From NCBI GenBank assembly GCA_964404925.1, contig CAYOLW010000002.1, positions 38,995 to 102,994 of the forward strand: a DNA stretch of 64,000 nt. Reading direction: 5' to 3'. Positions 37,271 through 46,552 of this stretch are shown one piece after another. This DNA is from an uncultured Candidatus Saccharibacteria bacterium. GTDB lineage: Bacteria; Patescibacteriota; Minisyncoccia; Phycocordibacterales; UBA9973. The first letter of the stretch is position 1. Each line of letters starts with the position of its first letter. A model generated the notes under the pieces. It was not told the DNA's origin, did not search any database, and saw only the letters and a program-made list of their open reading frames with translations. The position numbers were made by a program, and so were the translations under genes.

Positions 37271-37397
37271 AATAAGAGTACTCAAAAGTAAAAACTGGTT
37301 TGAAAACAGCGATACATCGTATACATAAGTTTTAAAAGCACAAAAGACTCTTTACTTGATTGAATACTTGGTTCCAATCTCATATAATTAAACTCAC

Positions 37398-37916
37398 ATG
37401 AACTTTATTGTTATAAACGGCCCATCTTGTGTAGGAAAAAGCACAACAATCAACCATTTAATGGAAACCAAGGACGGATATTTCCATTTGTCTTATGACA
37501 AAATTAAGAGAAATTTCTCTAGATATGAATCAGGCAAATATGTTAATGAAATCTTCAGCCTTTTGTTCGTAATGGAGAAAAACATTTGCGAACAAGGTTT
37601 AGATATTTTGACCGATATAGCTGTATGGCGGGAGAATAGAGAAAAAATAATTGAAATCGCAAAGCAGTATAACTATCAAATATTTGAAATTAATTTAGAA
37701 GCCCCATTTGATGTTGTGCTAGAAAGATTTAGAAATCGAGTAAACGAGTCCATAATAAATCCAGAGAAGAAACTCGCCAATACATCTGAAGTAAGACTAA
37801 AAGAAATGTTTGATATATACGAAGAAGGGAAGAATAAAAATGCCTTAACGTTGCGGACAGATCAATTAACTCCTCAAGAAATAAAAGAGCAGATTTTGGA
37901 TTATATAAATAGATAA
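37398..37916 (+). CDS. P-loop kinase-like protein (AAA_33/chloramphenicol-phosphotransferase-like fold)
   Basis: N-terminal Walker A INGPSCVGKST; 172 aa. Confidence 0.55.
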   Translation: MNFIVINGPSCVGKSTTINHLMETKDGYFHLSYDKIKRNFSRYESGKYVNEIFSLLFVMEKNICEQGLDILTDIAVWRENREKIIEIAKQYNYQIFEINLEAPFDVVLERFRNRVNESIINPEKKLANTSEVRLKEMFDIYEEGKNKNALTLRTDQLTPQEIKEQILDYINR

Positions 37917-38311
37917 TAAATACAAATATTCTATTTATCGCCATAAGTTCTAATCACACCTTTCAGCTATTGACTTTTCTATTATTTGTGTTAATCTGCA
38001 GTTAAATTTTAGCTCGTTGAAATAAGAAAGTGACGGGTTGGGGAATGATTCTAGCCTCTAATTATTTAGGGTTTTGAATCATTCACCTTAACTCTTCACT
38101 TAAACAAAACAAAAAAATCATGGAAGGAAAAACCATCCTTTGGATTATAGGAGGCCTCGTCCTGTATTTACTTGTTGGCTACATAAATGCATTGAGAGTC
38201 AGAAACTCTGCTCGGGGACTTTCAGCCACTCTTCAAATACCAATGAAACACGACAACTTAGACAAGACCATAATTTTTTTCTGGATTTTCAAAATGTTCA
38301 AATTTTAAACC

Positions 38312-38629
38312 GTGCTATCTATGGCTAACTTCTTTTTGTATTTGGACTGTCTTGTAACAAACAAGGTCTCTCGATTCTCGCTTCTTCTTTTCGCCTTAGG
38401 TTTTTTTCTGATGCGAAAGTATAATTGGATTTTTTTTCCGATTGTGCTTTTTGTAATCGGCGGAATCCTATTCTTTTTCACAGGTTTTGGGCTTAATAGT
38501 TACATTCTCTGTAAGAGAATGTGTAATATTGTTGAAAGTCGTGGATTTCTAGAGGTCTCTGAAGACGACATAGACACACCCTGTGCCTCAGCCGCCTTTA
38601 AGGTGGCATCAAGAAGATATAGTAAATAA
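38312..38629 (+). CDS. hypothetical membrane protein
   Basis: 105 aa with two or three hydrophobic helices; weak call. Confidence 0.3.
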   Translation: MLSMANFFLYLDCLVTNKVSRFSLLLFALGFFLMRKYNWIFFPIVLFVIGGILFFFTGFGLNSYILCKRMCNIVESRGFLEVSEDDIDTPCASAAFKVASRRYSK

Positions 38630-38857
38630 AATATAATCCAACGCATACCCGCTTTCACAAAACAGTTAATCTGCTAAGTGTTAGCGGGTTTTCTGTTTTT
38701 CGGTTATCTTGCATCTAAGCAAATATAATGTAGTATTCAATCGAATCAAATCGCGCCTGGCGAGTATCTCAGGTATCTCTATATATGAGAAAGCTCTTTA
38801 TACTTTTTTTATTTTTTTACCCTGAATTTATTTTTGGTCAGCTAACCCTGCAGAGTA

Positions 38858-39286
38858 TTGTCGCTAAATTCGAGACTGAAATGGACACTTGTTTATCTGA
38901 CTGTTTCAAATACAGGTTGGATAACATTTATAAGTTCACCCAGGATAGCTATAGGTGACCCTCATTTTTTTCCATTCCCTCACAAGACTATTTGGATCAG
39001 AGATTCTTCTGATTTGGAAATGCTAGTAGAGGAGGTGTCTCATTCATACCAATGGCAACAAAAAGGCGGTAAGTTTCGTTTAGTTACCGCTGCCAGTGGA
39101 CTATATCTAAAGGCTGCTTGGTTATCTGTTTGGAAAAAAGATGGTAAAAAATTAACACTTTGGCAAAGATATTCAGACTTTGCCTATGAGCCCATGCGGC
39201 ACAAGTTCTGGGCCTATGAATATGAGGCTCACAATGAAATTGTTCGAGATATGTGGAAGTATTTGGGTTGCAAGGACAGTTTTTGA
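38858..39286 (+). CDS. hypothetical protein, possibly the 3' part of a frameshifted secreted-protein gene
   Basis: TTG-initiated ORF. An ATG frame from 38786 encodes a signal-peptide-like MRKLFILFLFFYPEFIFG and stops at 38953 inside this ORF. Confidence 0.35.
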   Translation: MSLNSRLKWTLVYLTVSNTGWITFISSPRIAIGDPHFFPFPHKTIWIRDSSDLEMLVEEVSHSYQWQQKGGKFRLVTAASGLYLKAAWLSVWKKDGKKLTLWQRYSDFAYEPMRHKFWAYEYEAHNEIVRDMWKYLGCKDSF

Positions 39287-39298
39287 AAGTAAATCTTA

Positions 39299-39341
39299 AA
39301 AGACTATGCAGTAGTATGAACTAACGCATAGTCTTTTTTTA
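39299..39341 (+). terminator. rho-independent terminator
   Basis: AAGACTATGC-(16 nt loop)-GCATAGTCTTTTTTT. Confidence 0.75.
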
Positions 39342-39382
39342 TTGTTATAATATAGTCATTATTAATTATTAAATATAATTAT

Positions 39383-39547
39383 ATGGGAATAGAAGCAGGT
39401 TATTCAAAAAAGGGTACAGAGACATGTCCATCGTGCAATGGTGATGGTGTAATAAAAACACGTATTGAAAGCAATAGCGAACTACAATTCCGTACAGATA
39501 CATGTCCTACCTGTAAAGGTTCTGGGCAAGTACCAGCCAGGAAATAG
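39383..39547 (+). CDS. small zinc-ribbon protein (54 aa), hypothetical
   Basis: CPSCNG...CPTCKG, two CxxC pairs. Below the 60 aa ORF-track cutoff, so I translated it by hand. Confidence 0.35.
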   Translation: MGIEAGYSKKGTETCPSCNGDGVIKTRIESNSELQFRTDTCPTCKGSGQVPARK

Positions 39548-39575
39548 GTTTACTGATAAATAGTAATTTTTGCTA

Positions 39576-40011
39576 TAATACTGGCACAGATGCCGACCAA
39601 GAAAATTAAGAAAATATTAGTGGTAGAAGACGAGCGCCCAATGGCACATGCGCTTGATTTAAAGCTGACCCATGAAGGGTTCACTGTGACCGTAGCTTAT
39701 AACGGAGAAGAAGCACTAAAAGCTATGGAGGATACTGAATTTGATTTGGTTCTGCTTGATATCATGATGCCGAAGCTAGATGGATTTGGAGTCTTAGAAC
39801 AGATGAAGATTCTCAATTACAAATGGCCGGCGATAGTTTTGTCTAATCTGAGTCAGAGTGAAGACGAGAAAAGAGCTCGCGATTTGGGTGCAAATAAATT
39901 TTTTGTTAAATCCAATACTCCAATAATGAGAATTGTGGACTACGCAAAAGAAATTTTACGCGGGTAGTGTTATACTATTTAACAGATGAATATTGATGAG
40001 CAAAAATTAAT
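39576..40011 (+). repeat. upstream copy of the duplicated block (regulator promoter/5' end, then regulator 3' end plus pilB first 8 codons)
   Basis: 39576-39635 and 39862-40011 recur at 41765-41965. The 3' ~147 nt appear identical; the 5' ~60 nt carry 3 mismatches. Confidence 0.8.
39590..39967 (+). CDS. single-domain response regulator (CheY-like receiver)
   Basis: ILVVEDE...LLDIMMPKLDG...K; a paralogue of the receiver at 22104. Confidence 0.8.
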   Translation: MPTKKIKKILVVEDERPMAHALDLKLTHEGFTVTVAYNGEEALKAMEDTEFDLVLLDIMMPKLDGFGVLEQMKILNYKWPAIVLSNLSQSEDEKRARDLGANKFFVKSNTPIMRIVDYAKEILRG

Positions 40012-40016
40012 TTAAA
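39987..40016 (+). pseudogene. 8-codon pilB 5' stub (MNIDEQKL then I and a stop)
   Basis: Identical to the first 25 nt of the full pilB at 41941, then diverges into the insert. Confidence 0.5.
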
Positions 40017-40019
40017 TAT

Positions 40020-41054
40020 ATGGAAATCAATCAAGAAATAACAGAAGTAGAGCAGGGTGTTAAAGAGTATATAAAAAAAGATAATGGTTTTACTCTTATA
40101 GAGATAATCATGGTCATTGTTGTAATAGCGATTCTGGCAAGTTTGTCACTTGTGGTTTTTTCTGAAGCAAGGAAAAAAGCAAGAGACACACAACGTATAA
40201 CTGCTATTCAAAATATTAATAAAGCAATTCAAGTATATATCACTGATTATGGTCTAGCACCAGATCTTGGTGATCCTGCGTGCCTTGAAGTCCTTAACCC
40301 TAATCCATCTTGTGTTGCTGATATTATGAATCATCCAAATGAATGGACAGATTTAGCAAAAGCGCTAGAGCCATACATCCATATTTTGCCCACCGATCCT
40401 TGTGTGAATTGTGTAAGTGTTTTTACTAATGTTGCTTATGCACAAACAGGTTTAGATTATAACTTTGTTTATAAAGCACCAGCAGGTATAGCATATGATT
40501 TACAGCAAGCAGGTCTATCGTTAGATTTTTTGGATAGTAGTACATATCGAATATATGCTGATAAACTTGAGAAATTTGATGGAGCATTTGGGTATGGTTA
40601 TAATTTACATGGTTTTTTTGCTTTAAATAATGATGCTTCTGTATTAGATGAGTTATGTCCTTTAAGTTCAAAAGAGTATTGTGATTTTTGGCCTGATTTA
40701 GTTAAAAAAAATACCGAAATTTGCAATTCGGGCGATTTGGAAACATGCATTATGTTGGCGCGTCACGGATTGTTTGATGGATCAAATGTTTTTAAATGTG
40801 TATTTAATACAGAAGAACAATGCGCTGAATGGGATTCTTTTCTATATAAAAACATAACAATATGTAATGAGGGAGAAAGGTCTAGTTGTGATTTGTTAGC
40901 AAAATATGATTTATACCCACAGATTACAGAATGTCCTTTAAAGGAACGTGATTGCCTTGCTTGGTTTGAAGAAATACAAAATAATTTATTATTATGTGAT
41001 TTTAAAGAAGAGACAGCTTGTAATTGGTTGGATAAAAATAATGTTTTTAAATAA
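40020..41054 (+). CDS. prepilin-type N-terminal domain protein with Cys-rich tandem repeats
   Basis: Class III signal GFTLIEIIMVIVVIAILAS after a 23 aa leader. The C-terminal half carries repeated units of the type xIC-N-xGx...C. Confidence 0.6.
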   Translation: MEINQEITEVEQGVKEYIKKDNGFTLIEIIMVIVVIAILASLSLVVFSEARKKARDTQRITAIQNINKAIQVYITDYGLAPDLGDPACLEVLNPNPSCVADIMNHPNEWTDLAKALEPYIHILPTDPCVNCVSVFTNVAYAQTGLDYNFVYKAPAGIAYDLQQAGLSLDFLDSSTYRIYADKLEKFDGAFGYGYNLHGFFALNNDASVLDELCPLSSKEYCDFWPDLVKKNTEICNSGDLETCIMLARHGLFDGSNVFKCVFNTEEQCAEWDSFLYKNITICNEGERSSCDLLAKYDLYPQITECPLKERDCLAWFEEIQNNLLLCDFKEETACNWLDKNNVFK

Positions 41055-41764
41055 TACTGGTTTTTGGGCAATTGCTTCTGCAAGTAGTTGTAAAAAATTT
41101 TGAATTAGAAAAGGACGCTTTTTTATTTAATGGGTCTATCAATTGAGGAAGTATAGCCATGTATTCTTGATGAGCTTTAGTCGTGTCTAAAATTACTCCC
41201 TTATCTGCTGAACTTTTTACTTGGACTAGATATAGAGTATGAACTTGATTATTGTCTTCTACTATCCAAGGAAAGAAAGGTATCTTTGGCACTTTCTGTA
41301 CCACTTAATATCATTTTTACTTCTGCTTGTATTTTTTCAGAATTACTACCTAATTCTTCAGCTAAAACCTACTTAATAATAAAAGAAATGTTATTAATTG
41401 GTATATTATACTGAGTCACTATTCTTAGTAATGCATTTTGTAATCTTGCTTCTGGTAAGTAGAGAACTCTTCTTTTTAATTCTTCTCCTTAATAAACTCC
41501 AACTACTCGTCTTTGGGTGGCTGATATATCTCTTTCTGAACTTTCTCTTAGATAAATTTTAATTAAGTTTTTGATTTTATCATTTGCTGGACCAGCATGT
41601 ATCTCGTTTTTAACAGGAACAGTCGCTGTAAAAGCAGGTTGTCCTCTGTCTCAACCCTTCTCAAAAATCAATTTAAAAAAATTATTTTCTGCCCCCCATA
41701 ACTAAACTGTAGCATTTTGGCTTTATATTTTAATAGAACTTTTTTTAAGTTTAAGTACGGGTTA
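41055..41764 (-). pseudogene. decayed gene of unknown identity
   Basis: Minus-strand translation gives three or more long fragments joined only across stops and frameshifts (for example DRGQPAFTATVPVKNEIHAGPANDKIKNLIKIYLRESSERDISATQRRVVGVY). The only intact ORF is the 85 aa piece at 41047..41304. Confidence 0.35.
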
Positions 41765-41965
41765 TAATACTGGCACATATGCCGACCAAGAAAACTAAGA
41801 AAATATTAGTGGTAGAATACGAGAAAAGAGCTCGCGATTTGGGTGCAAATAAATTTTTTGTTAAATCCAATACTCCAATAATGAGAATTGTGGACTACGC
41901 AAAAGAAATTTTACGCGGGTAGTGTTATACTATTTAACAGATGAATATTGATGAGCAAAAATTAA
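41765..41965 (+). repeat. downstream copy of the duplicated block (regulator remnant plus the true pilB start)
   Basis: Direct repeat of 39576-40011 with a ~225 nt internal deletion whose ends sit at a 9-nt microhomology (GAAGACGAG/GAATACGAG). Confidence 0.8.
41779..41922 (+). pseudogene. in-frame internally deleted response-regulator remnant (47 codons: MPTKKTKKILVVEYEKRARDLGANKFFVKSNTPIMRIVDYAKEILRG)
   Basis: The 5' 16 codons and 3' 31 codons of the regulator at 39590 are fused; the phosphoacceptor region is missing. Confidence 0.6.
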
Positions 41966-43599
41966 AAGACATACTGCTCCGCCAGAACTATATTACTGAA
42001 AAAGATTTCACCACTGCCGCTTTAAATGCAAAGAAAGAAAAGATTTCACCAGTCAGATACCTATTAAACCAAGGAATAATTTCTGAAGGTTTAATAGCTC
42101 AGGCATTAGCCGAGTCTTTTGGTGTTCCTTATTCAGATTTAAAGTTAAGAGAACCCTCCAAGGACGTAGTAAATCTAATTCCAGAGAAATTTGCTCGTGA
42201 AAAGAGGGTAGTATGTGTGTCTTCTAATAAAGACCAAGTAGTTGTAGCCACAGACAATCCATTGCAGCCAAAATTAGCTGAAGAATTAAATTCTATTTTG
42301 CATAATAGTAATATTTCTATTACGTACGCACTGCCTGAATCCATAGATCAAATTCTACGTTTTTATCAAAAATCATTAGATACCAGATTTTCTAAAATAA
42401 TTGCTGCTGGTAATAGGGTTGCTCCAGAAATATTAGAAGAAATATTTGAAGATGCGTACGCTTTTTCAGCTTCAGACATACATTTTGAACCTAATGCTAA
42501 AGACATCTCGGTTCGTTTCAGAGTGGACGGAGTATTGCAAGACGGGGGTAAACTTCCAAAAGAATTTTACGAAAATATTTTAAACAGAATCAAAGTTGAA
42601 AGCCGACTGCGCATAGACGAGCATTTTGCTGCACAAGATGGATCTATGCATTACGAATCAGGTACAGATGCAGAGAAAAAGTTTTTTGATTTACGTACAT
42701 CTATTGTACCGACGGTGGAAGGGGAAAAAGTAGTGTTGCGTGTTTTGTCTTCGTATGTAGAAGGTTTGTCTTTGGCTGATTTAGGTTTTAGTAAAGAAGA
42801 CGGAGAAAAGATTGAGAAAGCAGCGCATAAACCCTTCGGCATGATATTGGTTACTGGACCAACTGGTTCTGGCAAGACGACTACTCTGTACGGAGTGCTC
42901 AAAATATTAAATACTAGGGAAGTAAACGTCACCACCATCGAGGACCCTGTCGAATATAAAGTATCCGGTATAAATCAAATTCAGACTAATCTAGAGACAA
43001 ATTTAACCTTTGCTAAAGGTTTGCGTTCTATCGTTCGCCAAGACCCAGACATCATATTGGTAGGTGAAATCAGAGATGAGGAAACAGCCGAAATAGCGGT
43101 GAACGCTGCACTGACCGGGCATTTGTTGTTGTCGACTTTTCACGCCAATGATGCTTCTACTGCTATACCTCGACTACTTGATATGGGTATTGAACCTTTC
43201 TTGCTTTCATCAACCCTTGAATTAATTGTTGCTCAGCGTTTGGTACGCAAGATATGCGAGGCTTGTCGTTATAGCACCGAATTGTTAGTGAGTGATTTAG
43301 CAAAAAAATACAAAAATGTTCACGGTTTTTCTGGCAAGAATATTACCTTGTATCAAGGCAAGGGTTGTGACACATGTGCTGGTACTGGGTTTAAGGGACG
43401 TACAGCTATCTTTGAATTTATTGAGATAACTCCAGCCATGTCTGAATTAATGCTCAAGTCCCCGTCTTCGATTGAGATTCAAAAATTAGCCAAAAAAGAA
43501 GGAACTAAATCAATGTTTGAAGATGGGCTTGAGAAGGTTAAATCCGGTGTGACGACATTAGACGAATTACTACGGGTGGCACCTCCGCCAATCGAATAA
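41941..43599 (+). CDS. pilB: type IV pilus assembly ATPase PilB (GspE family)
   Basis: T2SSE N-terminal domain, Walker A GPTGSGKTTTLY, Asp/His boxes, and tetracysteine motif CEAC...CDTC. Confidence 0.9.
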   Translation: MNIDEQKLKDILLRQNYITEKDFTTAALNAKKEKISPVRYLLNQGIISEGLIAQALAESFGVPYSDLKLREPSKDVVNLIPEKFAREKRVVCVSSNKDQVVVATDNPLQPKLAEELNSILHNSNISITYALPESIDQILRFYQKSLDTRFSKIIAAGNRVAPEILEEIFEDAYAFSASDIHFEPNAKDISVRFRVDGVLQDGGKLPKEFYENILNRIKVESRLRIDEHFAAQDGSMHYESGTDAEKKFFDLRTSIVPTVEGEKVVLRVLSSYVEGLSLADLGFSKEDGEKIEKAAHKPFGMILVTGPTGSGKTTTLYGVLKILNTREVNVTTIEDPVEYKVSGINQIQTNLETNLTFAKGLRSIVRQDPDIILVGEIRDEETAEIAVNAALTGHLLLSTFHANDASTAIPRLLDMGIEPFLLSSTLELIVAQRLVRKICEACRYSTELLVSDLAKKYKNVHGFSGKNITLYQGKGCDTCAGTGFKGRTAIFEFIEITPAMSELMLKSPSSIEIQKLAKKEGTKSMFEDGLEKVKSGVTTLDELLRVAPPPIE

Positions 43600-43607
43600 C
43601 CAATCGA

Positions 43608-44702
43608 ATGCAAAAAATTTCAATTCAAAAAATTAATGATTTTTTTGCTGATATGGGTTTTGTAAAAGAGAAAGAATACTTCTTGACCAATTTGAGCATG
43701 CTGCTTGATGCAGGAATGAATGTGTCTGATGCTGTGGCTACTTTGCGCAAAGAATCTAAATCTCCCTCAATGCGTAAATTGCTTGCGAATGTTGGTGAAG
43801 ATATAAGTAACGGTTTTTCTATCTCGAATACTTTAAAAAGATCTGGTTTCACTACTGATCACACAGATTCGCTCATTAAAATAGGTGAGGAGTCAGGTAA
43901 GCTGTCACAAAATCTAAAAATTATCGCCGTTGGAGAAGAAAAGAACAGAGTTTTCCGTTCTAAAATTCGTTCGGCGATGCTTTATCCAATGTTTGTTTTT
44001 GGAGTGACTATTATGGTGGGGATAGTGGTGATTTGGTATATATTACCCAGGCTTGCAACTGTATTTTCTCAAATGAATATTGAGTTGCCGGCTTTGACTC
44101 GAGCTTTAATTGCAACCGGTAATTTCTTGGCAAAATACGGAACTTTTTTTGTGCCGACGGTGCTTTTGCTTTTAAGTTCGATTTTCTATTTTCTATTTGT
44201 ATTTCATAAAACTAAACATATTGGGCAAAGGTTTTTATTATCTTCGCCTGGTGTCGGAGAAATATTAAGACAAATAGAGATTGCTCATATGGGTTATATA
44301 TTAGGTACCTTGCTCGACGCTGGTATTCCAGTTGTTTCTTCACTTAATTCTCTTGCTGAATCCACCAGTTCCCGAACACATCAAAATTTTTATAAAAAAA
44401 TTAAAAACAGTATTGCTGATGGCAATTCTTTTGCCAAGACATTCGATTCTTTGTCAGAGACAAATAAATTCATTCCACCAACAGTTGAACGTCTAATTGT
44501 ATCCGGAGAACAATCGGGTAAATTGTCTGAAACATTGCTGAAGGTTGGTATTCATTATGAAGCAAAGATTGATGATACAACCAAGAATCTGTCAGTTATT
44601 TTTGAACCAATCTTGTTGGTTATTGTATGGGTTGGGGTGGTGTCTGTGGCGCTTGCTGTTATTTTGCCTATTTATAGTTTGATTGGTAATTTCAATCGCT
44701 AA
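43608..44702 (+). CDS. pilC: type IV pilus platform protein PilC (GspF family)
   Basis: 364 aa; two T2SSF repeats with three TM helices. Confidence 0.85.
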   Translation: MQKISIQKINDFFADMGFVKEKEYFLTNLSMLLDAGMNVSDAVATLRKESKSPSMRKLLANVGEDISNGFSISNTLKRSGFTTDHTDSLIKIGEESGKLSQNLKIIAVGEEKNRVFRSKIRSAMLYPMFVFGVTIMVGIVVIWYILPRLATVFSQMNIELPALTRALIATGNFLAKYGTFFVPTVLLLLSSIFYFLFVFHKTKHIGQRFLLSSPGVGEILRQIEIAHMGYILGTLLDAGIPVVSSLNSLAESTSSRTHQNFYKKIKNSIADGNSFAKTFDSLSETNKFIPPTVERLIVSGEQSGKLSETLLKVGIHYEAKIDDTTKNLSVIFEPILLVIVWVGVVSVALAVILPIYSLIGNFNR

Positions 44703-44703
44703 T

Positions 44704-45147
44704 ATGTCGACAAAACAAAACCATGGTTTTACATTGATAGAAATGTTGTTATCAGTAGCTGTTTTTGGTGGAATTTTGGCCATAGGGGCGCCGTTGTACA
44801 GCCGATTCCTCAGTATCAATAACCTAAACACAACTACTACTATTTTGGTACAAAATCTAAGGCATGCTAGGAATTCGGCTATTTCTGTTGACGGAGATAG
44901 TCCGTGGGGTGTCCATGTCGCATCAGGTGTTATTACTGTCTACAAGGGTGCTTCTTATGCCACACGGGATGTATCATTCGATCAGGTGAATAATGTCCCA
45001 ACTGAAGTTACTTTTTCCGGCGATACTGAAGTTGCGTTCAAGAAATTCGATGGTTTGCCAAATTCAGATACAATTTTTACTCTAACAAATACCAATAATC
45101 AAACAACCAACATTAATATTAATACCAAAGGCTTAATTGATTTTTAA
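44704..45147 (+). CDS. prepilin-type N-terminal cleavage/methylation domain protein (pilin)
   Basis: MSTKQNHG/FTLIEMLLSVAVFGG class III signal peptide. Confidence 0.7.
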   Translation: MSTKQNHGFTLIEMLLSVAVFGGILAIGAPLYSRFLSINNLNTTTTILVQNLRHARNSAISVDGDSPWGVHVASGVITVYKGASYATRDVSFDQVNNVPTEVTFSGDTEVAFKKFDGLPNSDTIFTLTNTNNQTTNININTKGLIDF

Positions 45148-46551
45148 ATGTATAAAAAATTAAAAATTAATAAAGGCTTTTCAATAATAGAAGTATTGTT
45201 GGCTGTTTCTGTTTTTGGTTTGTTGGTTTCTGCCTTGTCTGGTATTTATTTTTATGGCCAAGAATCAGGTGTTCTCTCTGGTAAACGTAACCGTGCTGTA
45301 TCTTTGGCTGAGGAGGGTATTGAGGCTGTACGTAATATACGTGATGCTAATTTTGCTAATTTAAACGACGGCACTTACGGACTAAGTAAATCTGGTAGTA
45401 GTTGGGTTTTAACACCTGTGCCGGATACTACAGGTGCCTACACTCGTGCAATAAACATTAATTCCACAGATGCCGATCATAAAGAAATAACCTCGACTGT
45501 AACCTGGCAGCAAAATGCTACTCGTTCAGGTAGTGTGTCTATTGTCTCAAAACTTAATTATTGGACAAGGATTATTTCTACCGCTGATTGGGCTAAACCA
45601 CTTTTAACGTCTAGTTTAAATCTGGCAGGTAATAATAATGGTTTTAAACTGCAGGTTAAGGGGGATTATGTGTATTTGATACGCAATGCTGGCACACCCA
45701 ATCTGTATATTTTAAATATCTCTAATCTAAATAGTCCATCACTTGTCGGTTCGATTGCTTTGTCTGGAACACTTAGGAATATATATACTGATGGAGGTTA
45801 TGTGTATGTAACATCAAACAGTAATAATCAAGAGTTGCAAATAGTAGATGTATCGAATCCTGCCGCTCCTTTTATAGCTGGTACTTATGATGCAGCTGGT
45901 ACCTCAGACGCCAATGGTGTTTATGTTGCTGGTAATTATGCATACATGGCAAAGGCGAGTAGCACCAGTCACGAATTTTTCGTTGTGGATATAACGAATC
46001 CTGCTTTACCGGCACTAGCTGGATCGGTGGATTTAGGTACCACTGGTTATGAATTAGTAACTTCTGGTGGTTTTGCTTATGTAACCTCTGCGAATAATAC
46101 TCAAGAAGTAAAAGTTATAAATATTTCAACTCCAGGAAGTCCCACTGTACAAGCTAACCTTAACCTTACTGGTAATAATGACGCAACTGTAATTGGACTA
46201 TATAATTCAACTACTCTTGTTGTGGGGCAAAACACTAGTTTCTACACTATTAGTATTGTGAATCCATTGGCTCCGAGTGTTCTGGGTACTGTCAATATTA
46301 GTGCAATTGTTAATGATATTTCTTTAGAATCTAATACTTCAGGTGAATATGTGTATCTAGCAACAAGTGATAACGCTGATGAGTTTCAGGTTGTAGATGT
46401 CTCTGACAAAGTGAATCCTGTAAATTACGGGAGTTATGACCAAACCGGTTTAAACGTATTAAACGGAGTTGCTTATATGCCTGGAATAGACAAGGCATTT
46501 GCTGCTAGCAGTTCAAATACGCAAGAATTCATAATTTTAGAACCTCAATAA
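45148..46551 (+). CDS. pilin-like protein with large C-terminal repeat domain (LVIVD-type beta-propeller-like repeats)
   Basis: NKGFSIIEVLLAVSVFGLL prepilin motif. The C-terminus holds about 7 repeats of the form YVYVTS...QEL/FxVVDVSNPxxP. Confidence 0.65.
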   Translation: MYKKLKINKGFSIIEVLLAVSVFGLLVSALSGIYFYGQESGVLSGKRNRAVSLAEEGIEAVRNIRDANFANLNDGTYGLSKSGSSWVLTPVPDTTGAYTRAININSTDADHKEITSTVTWQQNATRSGSVSIVSKLNYWTRIISTADWAKPLLTSSLNLAGNNNGFKLQVKGDYVYLIRNAGTPNLYILNISNLNSPSLVGSIALSGTLRNIYTDGGYVYVTSNSNNQELQIVDVSNPAAPFIAGTYDAAGTSDANGVYVAGNYAYMAKASSTSHEFFVVDITNPALPALAGSVDLGTTGYELVTSGGFAYVTSANNTQEVKVINISTPGSPTVQANLNLTGNNDATVIGLYNSTTLVVGQNTSFYTISIVNPLAPSVLGTVNISAIVNDISLESNTSGEYVYLATSDNADEFQVVDVSDKVNPVNYGSYDQTGLNVLNGVAYMPGIDKAFAASSSNTQEFIILEPQ

Positions 46552-46552
46552 A

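Noticed and set aside
41047-41304. 85 aa minus-strand ORF called as a gene
   Set aside because: It appears to be one surviving fragment of the decayed gene across 41055-41764, not a stand-alone gene.
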